64,000 nt of DNA from Azolla caroliniana (taxonomy: Eukaryota > Plantae > Polypodiophyta), in NCBI GenBank assembly GCA_043228905.1, contig JBHGNT010000008.1:11408001-11472000 (forward strand), in the 5' to 3' direction. Numbering within the stretch: position 1 is the first letter of the stretch; the number at the start of each line of letters is the position of its first letter. The position numbers were made by a program, and so were the translations under genes. Shown here piece after piece: positions 1 through 7,741 of this stretch. Under the pieces are notes generated by a model, which had not been told where the DNA came from, ran no database searches, and worked only from the letters and a program-made list of their open reading frames with translations.

Positions 1-760
1 GATTCAATTGAAAATCCAATTTCTCTTATTTTTTTGAAAATTTTCTTATTTTTCGAATTGTGTTTGAATTTGTTTTTATTTTTCCCATAAAAAAATAAAT
101 AAAAATTGAAAAAATGGATTTTCAACGGAAATCCGATGTAATGCATCGGATTTTGGTTGAAAGTCAACTTTTACGTATTTTTTTCCAAATTTTCTTTTTT
201 TTTTTGAATTTTTTTGAATTTTTTTGAATTTTTCCCATAAAAAAATAAATAAAAATTGGAAAAATGGTTTTTCAACGGAAATCCGATGCACTGCATCGGA
301 TTTTGGTTGAAAGTCCACTTTTACGTATTTTTTTCCAAATTTTATTTTATTTTTTTTTGAATTTTTTTGAATTTTTCTATAAAAAATAAATAAATATTGA
401 AAAAATAGATTTTCAATCCAAATTTTCATAGCTTTTAGAATTTTTTTGGTATTTTGTTTGTCTATTTTCTCATAAATAACTATATAGAAATTGAAAAAAA
501 TGAATTTTCAAAGGAAATCCGATGCAATGCATCGGATTTCTATTGAAAATCCACTTTTTGCTATTTGTTACCAAATTTTCATATTTTAAAATATTTTTTT
601 GTATTTTTTAAATTATTTTTCATTTTTTCCCATAAATAAATAAATAAAAATTGCAAAAAATGGGTTTTCAACAGAAATCTGATGCACTACATCGGATTTC
701 TATTGAAAATCCATTTTGTCTTATTTGTTTCCAATTTTTCAGATATTTTGAATTTGTTTT
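1..760. repeat. AT-rich satellite-like array (~150-240 bp spacing) with a palindromic core TTTTCAACGGAAATCCGATGCA-N-TGCATCGGATTTC..TTGAAA
   Basis: Core copies at ~118-165, ~268-316, ~505-552 and ~664-712, separated by poly-T/poly-A spacers. Confidence 0.85.
483..760 (+). repeat. Left copy of the 278-bp direct duplication flanking the Penelope-like element (right copy 4200-4477)
   Basis: By-eye alignment at offset 3717 shows about 3 substitutions, much closer than other satellite monomers are to each other. Confidence 0.85.
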
Positions 761-868
761 AGGGTTTGCCTTACGGCTTTGCAAGGAGTGCGGGTCGGTA
801 TACCACTCGAATACGGAGCGTGTCCACTCTTGATAGCAATGGGCCCCCCCGAACCCATTACTATCGTA

Positions 869-953
869 GATGTAACCAGGACTTCCCGGGAGGTCACCCA
901 TCCCAGTACTGTTCTGGCTCAAGCACGCTTAACTTGCAATGCTTGAAGCATCC
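869..953 (-). ncRNA. 5S rRNA-derived cassette (Pol III type 1 internal promoter: box A, IE region, box C), internally deleted
   Basis: Minus strand reads GGATGC-ttcaagcattgc-AAGTTAAGCGTGCTTGAGCCAGAACAGTACTGGGATGGGTGACCTCCCGGGAAGTCCTGG-ttacatc. This matches the 3' ~60% of plant 5S rRNA plus its GGATGC 5' end. Confidence 0.85.
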
Positions 954-1041
954 AAACAACCACAAAACTCATGGCATGTGATACAATAGAGAGCGAAGAT
1001 CTTACTTCGATAGCGGCTACACGTGCGGCGATGGTGGACGA

Positions 1042-1719
1042 TTGTCACACCATAACGGCGGCTACATGAGCTGTGGCGGTAATTATCCTACGGGTCGATA
1101 CGGGAGGTCCATCCAATGCGAAGGCCGTACATCTTTTGGAAGCGGCACACGTGCCAACATAAGACAAGAAGTGTATCCCCATGGCGGCTGTGCAGGAGAT
1201 CATGCAAGCCATGGCACGAACGACCTTCCGTCTTTCCCTCGCGGCCCTCCTCCTCCTCCTCTCCTCCCCACCCCATCCCTGCAGACAATTTCAAACATAC
1301 CCTCTCACTTCCCATATTCGTTTAACCCTAATCACGCCCCTCCCCCCCCCTCCTTACTTCCTACAAATTTGATGCATGCCCCCCCTTTATTTTCTATAAA
1401 CCCCCCTCATACCCCTCCCCCATTTTTTAACCATGCCCCTATGCATTTCCCCCCTAATAACCCCCACAACGTTTCCCTATTTCCAAACTATACCCCTCCC
1501 CCTTTTCATGCATTTCCTACACATACCCCCCCCTTCTTTACACATAACTCCCCTTCTACTTCTAGTAGATTTCAATATTCTACCGCACCCTCAAAATTTC
1601 CCCCACACTTATATGAAATCCCTCATAGAAAACAACCTATCCGTACTCACAATAATCGGCCCCTTCCCACAAAACTACAAACTTTCCCATGTAATAATGT
1701 TAGGACAAAAAACGTGTAG
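1042..1719 (+). CDS. PLE ORF1, Pro/His/Phe-rich low-complexity protein (start codon uncertain)
   Basis: 225-aa open frame directly upstream of the RT frame and overlapping it. It ends 4 nt after an in-phase slippery heptamer. Confidence 0.55.
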   Translation: MSHHNGGYMSCGGNYPTGRYGRSIQCEGRTSFGSGTRANIRQEVYPHGGCAGDHASHGTNDLPSFPRGPPPPPLLPTPSLQTISNIPSHFPYSFNPNHAPPPPSLLPTNLMHAPPLFSINPPHTPPPFFNHAPMHFPPNNPHNVSLFPNYTPPPFHAFPTHTPPFFTHNSPSTSSRFQYSTAPSKFPPHLYEIPHRKQPIRTHNNRPLPTKLQTFPCNNVRTKNV

Positions 1720-1760
1720 CTAGGCGTGCCAAACGCGATAGTAAACAGTTTCGGCACGCC
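1707..1760 (+). promoter_or_regulatory. Putative -1 programmed ribosomal frameshift signal (A AAA AAC + GC-rich stem-loop)
   Basis: Heptamer 1707-1713 is in phase with ORF1 codons. Stem GGCGTGCC (1723-1730) pairs with GGCACGCC (1753-1760). The -1 frame is open from 1704 straight into the RT ORF. Confidence 0.7.
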
Positions 1761-1823
1761 ATACATCCCGCGAAACGTCTCTTTTACCTTCTCGATAGAC
1801 CTACTTCTACTTTAGATACTTTC

Positions 1824-3686
1824 ATGTGGTTAGGACGTCATACATCCAATTTTCCCTTCTCCCCATATGTGAAAAAGACCCATAGTAGGAAACCCCGTAA
1901 TAAATTTTGGACACCTCTCCTTAATAAACCTAGAATTAGTAGGATCCACAACCACTCTAATTATTCCCTCTCTAAACATGAGACACAACTCCTTAGCCTA
2001 GGTTTGAAACACATCCTCCCATCTTCTCCACCATCATCCCCTACCCTACTTAAAGAATTTGATAGCCTAAGTAGGACCCTTCGACTTAAACATTTTTTTA
2101 AAGATGTGGATAATTTGCCCCAAAATCCCTTTAAGCTACCTAACCCTAGTTGGCAACCCCCTACTAAGTACACTCCCTTAGAAAACATTATATCTAAACA
2201 CCAAACTATCTTTAGGGACACACTTCATACACTCAAATTAAAACCCACTAGGATTGCACCTCACTTATCACTAGCCTTACAATCTCTTAAGAAAAACAAC
2301 AAAATCATAATCCTACCTGCTGACAAGAATGTTGGAGTGTGTGTTCTTGATAAGGACACGTACTATAACAAAGTTATAGAACACCTTTCTGATACTAATA
2401 CATATAAAAAAGTCTCCCACTATCCACTTGAGGAATTATCCTATAGATTGAAAAACATTGTTAATAACCATCTTGGTACCCTATCCAACATAGAAGCCAA
2501 TTACATACTACATAAACCCTCAAAAGGGTACAAAGTATGCAATATCTATTTCCTCCCAAAACTCCATAAAAACCCAATAGGTTTTAGACCTATTTGGTCA
2601 TACAATAACTCCCTTTTTGAACAAACATCAAAATGGCTTCACCACCAACTCATGCCTATCCTTCTCCTTCAAAAGCAATATTTGAAAGACTCACATTCCC
2701 TTGTCCAGACTTTAGAACATCTCAACCCACCCCCTAATAGCTTTATCTTCACCTTTGATGTTGAATCTTTATATCCCAGCATACCCCCTAGGTTAGGACT
2801 CCAAGCTTTACGAAAAATGATTACCCCACATTTTTCATCTTCTAAAACTAACCTTATCTATACACTTAGCGCACTCACATTAGAATATAAATTTCTATAC
2901 TTTGATGACATGATCTATCAACAAGTCAAGGGTACAGCCATGGGTAGTAATTTTTCTGTAGTTTATGCATGCCTATTCTTAGCTCACTTAGAGAACTCCC
3001 AGCCATCACACCCTAATCTTTTTTATTTCACTAGATATATAGATGATGCATTCGGGATATGGACAGGTACTAAACCCGAATTAGAAAATTACCTCCAGTT
3101 CTATAACACCTCCACTAATAATTGCATCAAAATTACCATCACCACTTCTCCCTTTAGATTACCGTTCTTAGATTTATGGATTAACCTAAAGAATTCACAT
3201 TTCTCCTTTAATTGCTACCAAAAGCCCCAAAATGCCTACCAATATCTCTCATTCTCGTCAGTTCACCCCCTTCACTTAAAACGTCATTTTATTATTAATG
3301 AACTAAAACGATACCTAATTAGAGAAAGTACCCCCTTAGGTTTCCTTCGAATGAAAAAACTATTTTTTAGTAGATTAGTTAAGAGAGGGTATCCCCTTTC
3401 TTTTATATTAGAGAATTATAAAAAGGTGCCATTTAACGCTAGGAAATCACTAGTATTTAGTAGAAAACCTAAAAGTACCCTTATACCTGTCATCTTCAAA
3501 CTTAGGTATACGAAAGATACCCCTAGATTAGGAATTCACGACATGCTAGAAAACCTCCACGCAAATTTAGCCACACATCCCCAACTATCCGAACTACCGC
3601 GACCCTTCATATGTTGGACTAAGTCTAAGTCCATTCATTCCCTTCTCGTCAAAACTAAATATAAATCCATAAAAACTCCCACTTAA
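1824..3686 (+). CDS. Penelope-like reverse transcriptase with thumb/CTE domain, no GIY-YIG endonuclease (frame open from 1704)
   Basis: Motifs LLSLGLK, ILPADKN, YFLPKLHK..FRPI, FDVESLYPSI, GTAMGS, RYIDD, LPFLD, YQKP..YLSFSSVHP, RGYP. 620 aa with no stops. Confidence 0.92.
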   Translation: MWLGRHTSNFPFSPYVKKTHSRKPRNKFWTPLLNKPRISRIHNHSNYSLSKHETQLLSLGLKHILPSSPPSSPTLLKEFDSLSRTLRLKHFFKDVDNLPQNPFKLPNPSWQPPTKYTPLENIISKHQTIFRDTLHTLKLKPTRIAPHLSLALQSLKKNNKIIILPADKNVGVCVLDKDTYYNKVIEHLSDTNTYKKVSHYPLEELSYRLKNIVNNHLGTLSNIEANYILHKPSKGYKVCNIYFLPKLHKNPIGFRPIWSYNNSLFEQTSKWLHHQLMPILLLQKQYLKDSHSLVQTLEHLNPPPNSFIFTFDVESLYPSIPPRLGLQALRKMITPHFSSSKTNLIYTLSALTLEYKFLYFDDMIYQQVKGTAMGSNFSVVYACLFLAHLENSQPSHPNLFYFTRYIDDAFGIWTGTKPELENYLQFYNTSTNNCIKITITTSPFRLPFLDLWINLKNSHFSFNCYQKPQNAYQYLSFSSVHPLHLKRHFIINELKRYLIRESTPLGFLRMKKLFFSRLVKRGYPLSFILENYKKVPFNARKSLVFSRKPKSTLIPVIFKLRYTKDTPRLGIHDMLENLHANLATHPQLSELPRPFICWTKSKSIHSLLVKTKYKSIKTPT

Positions 3687-3836
3687 TACTATATGCCTTT
3701 TATATCCCACCCCCACACCCACCCCCACCTATCACTTATCATGTACATACATATAACCCCCCTCTAACCCACTTTCACTAACCAATCCATTAACTATCAC
3801 AATTCCCCGTTTCCCTCTCTCCCATCATTAAACTCC

Positions 3837-3840
<4 letters not shown>

Positions 3841-3883
<43 letters not shown>
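3841..3883. repeat. (CT)n microsatellite followed by TATA-like CTATATAAAC (3891-3900)
   Basis: Read directly from the sequence. Confidence 0.9.
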
Positions 3884-3885
<2 letters not shown>

Positions 3886-3919
3886 TCCCCCTATATAAAC
3901 CTACCCTCTTGTTGTAAAT

Positions 3920-3971
3920 GACCTTGGCACTGATGAGCTCTACCTAGAGCGAAACTAGTTTGCACAAGGTC
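3920..3971 (+). ncRNA. Type I hammerhead ribozyme (minimal stem III, PLE type)
   Basis: Stem I GACCTTG-GCA / TGC-a-CAAGGTC. Core CTGATGA 3930-3936. Stem II GCTCTA/TAGAGC. GAAAC, then palindromic AACTAGTT. Predicted GUU cleavage after 3960. Confidence 0.88.
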
Positions 3972-4199
3972 TTTCTAATGAAAATTTCTTAAGCTTTTCT
4001 CTTTTCTCACTCACTCTTCTCTTCTTCTCTTCTTCTTTCATCTCATTCTCTCATTCTCTTTTACTCTTGGTCACCTCTAATCCTACTCACCTTAGCTTCA
4101 CTTGCATCATTGCTTTATTTCTTTTCTTACTCTTCCCATATCATCTCAATAGTTGTGCTAGTTCGCTCGCACTCCTTGTCACGATCCTACGATCATAGC

Positions 4200-5430
4200 T
4201 ATAGAAATTGAAAAAAATGAATTTTCAAAGGAAATCCGATGCATTGCATCGGATTTCTATTGAAAGTCCACTTTTTGCTATTTGTTACCAAATTTTCATG
4301 TTTTAAAATATTTTTTTGTATTTTTTAAATTATTTTTCATTTTTTCCCATAAATAAATAAATAAAAATTGCAAAAAATGGGTTTTCAACAGAAATCTGAT
4401 GCACTACATCGGATTTCTATTGAAAATCCATTTTGTCTTATTTGTTTCCAATTTTTCAGATATTTTGAATTTGTTTTTGTATTTGTTTTGAATTGTTTTT
4501 GTTTTTATCATAAATAAATATATAGGAATTGAAAAAAATGGATTTTCAACGGAAATCCGATGCACTGCATCGGATTTCCATTGAAAGTCCACTTTTTTTT
4601 GTTTGTTTACAAATTTTCTTATTTGTTTATATTTTTCTCTAAAAAAGTGTTAAAAATAAACAAATTGTAATTTTTTCCATTTAAAATGATGTGTTTTCAA
4701 CGGGACTCCGATGCAGTGCATCGGATTCCCGTTGAAAACACATTATTTTCAACAGGATTTTCAATGGAAATCCGATGCACTGCATTGGATTTCCGTTCAA
4801 AATCACTGAGTTTCAACAGAAATCCGATGCAGTGCATCGGACTGCATCGGATTTCCGTTGAAAGTCCAATATTTTTGCAATTGAAATCTGACTCAATGGT
4901 TCAGATTTTGTTGAAAATGTAATATTTTTTTATTATCTCATTGTTTTATGAAAAACCTAAAAGAAATTTGGATTTTTAATTGAAATTCGATGTAGTGCAT
5001 TAGATTTCAGTTGGAAATCCACTTTTTTAATATATTTTTATTTATTTTTTGAAAAAATGAAAAACAATTGAAAAGAAAGAGGATTGCCAGCTAAAATCTG
5101 ATGCAATGCATCAATGTCTAGCTGTATAGACTACGATCTGATGTAGTGTATCGGATTTCAGTTGAAAAGCCGTTTATTATTATTTTATATGGAAAATAAA
5201 TAAATAAATAATATTGGAAAAAGAAAAAAGAAAAATGGATTTTCGACTTTAATCCAACGCATTGCATTAGATTCTAGCTATATATACTAAAATATAATGT
5301 AGTGCATAGTATTTTAGCTGAAAATTCATTTTTTATTTTTTAATGGAAAAAATTTTAAAAATTACAAAAAAAAAAACTTGGATTTTCAACTGAAATCTAG
5401 TGCATCGCATTGCATTCCAATTAAAAATCC
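4200..5430. repeat. Continuation of the palindromic satellite (about 12 cores, degenerating rightwards); 4200-4477 is the right copy of the 278-bp duplication
   Basis: Example at 4540-4590: GGATTTTCAACGGAAATCCGATGCA-C-TGCATCGGATTTCCATTGAAAGTCC. Confidence 0.85.
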
Positions 5431-6639
5431 AAGATTTTTTATTTTTTCAAATTTTATTGTTTCAAATTTTCAATGGGTTTTAGATTAGTTTTCTGACACA
5501 GGTATATAATATAAAACTTACATCAATTTAGATTAACGTTATATTCTATTCTTCAGTTTGATGTTACCTGTGCAATTTCATTCTACTGTCATGTACTACT
5601 AAAACATACGCCTTAAAGATTATCAGGAACTCTGTTGCATTAGAGAAGGACCTTGAGCAAGTTAATGTCATCAAAATGAGGATCCAAGGTATCTGGGGTT
5701 GTCCTGATCAAGACCAAGAAGTTGGGGCAAAGCATATCAATAAAACTTAGATGTTCCAGATGACTTTTAGAAAACTTGTGGAACTATAGATGAAGACGCA
5801 GGGCAACTTGTTGAATTAGAAGACGTTTCAGAGTCTAAACATACTAACAATTCAACTTAGCGTACTGACGAAGCCAATGAGGACAATCCTGATGAAAGAG
5901 CTAATCCTGAGTAGACGGCTTTACCAGACTTATTATTCGATTGAATGGTTATGGCTTATTGTAAATTTTGAACAATATGAATTGTTAAATTTTGACGTAA
6001 TATATAAGTTGAGCTTACTTATAATTTTCGTGTAACAACCATTGAACTTGGAAATTAAGTATACTTGTATGTGTACATGTTATCTAAACTCTCCTTTATC
6101 ATTTGGGGTATATCGTAGATAAGTTTATACTCTATCATTTACTCGTATGATTGGAATGTTATTGTAGACTAGTTTATTTATACATTGACAGTGTCATGTA
6201 TCACGTGTCAATGGAAATTTTCTCTTGACATAGTAGTATCTCTTAATTGCAAGGTTCACAATTTGCTTTAAGATGTATTATATTTAAATATACACACATA
6301 ATTAGAAGAAGTCACTTATTCAATGGGGCATGCTTTTTAGAATATGCACAAGGACCCGTGTTACTATTATACTTGTGTTGACAAATACACCCCTGTCTAA
6401 GATTTGGACAAAAACATGGTAGATAGAATATACGTCGGATGATTTTGTTGACGTGATATTAGTTAGTTCTTTTTTTCGCTATGTTTTCATAAACCACATA
6501 CACATGCGTCGTGCCTTGTTGAAATTCTGCTTAAATAAGGCATTTTTTAACATCTCACTAAGATATGAAAAAGAGAATGCGACATATTACCTGTTTCAAA
6601 TGACCCGGTGTTAGAAAGTTTCAGTAGAGAAGCAACAAA

Positions 6640-7350
6640 TACACAACGAGTTTACACGAAGGGTTCAACAACTAGAGTCGGAAATAGTAGCTTTACAACA
6701 ACTAAAAGTCGATAGTCAAGGAGTTCTTAAGGATCCCAAAATCAGCCTCCCAACTAAATTCGATGGGTCGAGAGCACATTTTCGGGGTTTTATAAATCAG
6801 GTGTGGTTGGTAATTCAGATGCATCCCACGCATTATCCGACGGATTCATCTCAAGTCGGGTTAGTATGCACTTTATTGACTGGCACGACATTGACCATTG
6901 CTAGAAGCAAATTCGCCCCTACTCAACAACTTTAAAGAATTTATCAAAGAGTTTAAGGCTTGCTTCGGAGACACAGATAGTGTAAGAAAGACAATGAACA
7001 AGACTCGCACACTGCGACAAGGGGATCAACCAACATCAACGTATGCAGCCAATTTTCATCTCATTGCAAGTGATTATTTGGGACGAACAAGCTCTAATGG
7101 AGTAGTTTCGTTCGGGCCTCCTTGGAGATGTAAAAGATTTACTTCTTACCTTCCCTGAGGATCCAAAATCCCTTATAGAAGCTATTAGTCGAGCAATACG
7201 GTGTGATAATTGGCTTTTTGAGCGTCAGTCTGAGCGACAACAACAACAAACAAGATCAAGATTTACGCCAACTTATGCATCAGTGACGACACAATCTCCA
7301 AGGAAACAATATAGCCCTGTCCCAACTCCACAACAAGCACGTAGCCCAAC
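6640..7350 (+). pseudogene. gag: gag of Ty3/gypsy chromovirus A (5' part; continues at 36196)
   Basis: Translates to PKISLPTKFDG..FRGFINQV and FKEFIKEFKACFGD..LRQGDQP..YAANF. Frameshifted. No 5' LTR recognised. Confidence 0.8.
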
Positions 7351-7741
7351 TGTATAGAATCAAGAGATGGATTCTGTGCAGCGGAATAGATATGAATTGT
7401 ATGTGTGTATGAGAGAGAGTGAGTGAGTGAGAGAGACAAGGAGTAAGACACAGAGAATATGCAAGGTAAAGTATATTAACAAAGGAGAAAGACTTGACAT
7501 CATACAAGGTGGGAGGAGGGTGATTTATATAGTCAACCTCTCTCTTCATTAACTACAAGACTCATGGAGCATGGTGAATGTGAAAGCTCATAAGTTATGT
7601 GTCATAGAATATGATTCTATGACTCATACTAAATGCTAGAATACAAAGAGGTGACATAATGGTGACTCTTGACCGTTGGAGTGTCTATTCACTCTCAAGG
7701 TGAGTTCACACACTAGACCACGTTGAGCTTGATTCTCAACA
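7351..7741 (-). repeat. 3' LTR of copia B (391 bp)
   Basis: TG..CA ends, matches 17037-17371 + 36131-36195, adjacent PPT. Confidence 0.9.

Larger units (their letters stand above)
761..4199 (+). mobile_element. Endonuclease-less Penelope-like retroelement (PLE), ~3.44 kb
   Basis: PLE-type RT ORF, 3' hammerhead motif, sharp composition change from the satellite at both ends, and a flanking direct duplication. Confidence 0.85.

Noticed and set aside
869-953. Functional 5S rRNA gene
   Set aside because: Only ~85 nt with the 5' domain deleted, no terminator and not in an rDNA array. Treated as a derived promoter cassette.
76-981. Short ORFs in the satellite and 5S region
   Set aside because: They are translations of repeats or ncRNA with no protein motifs.
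5500-5930. Possible exon or host-gene remnant
   Set aside because: Splice-like sites and an acidic coding feel, but multiple stops and no recognisable domain.
6192-6600. TGTCATG as the start of the 5' LTR of chromovirus A
   Set aside because: The following sequence does not match A's 3' LTR, and neither the expected CAACC TSD nor a PBS is present.
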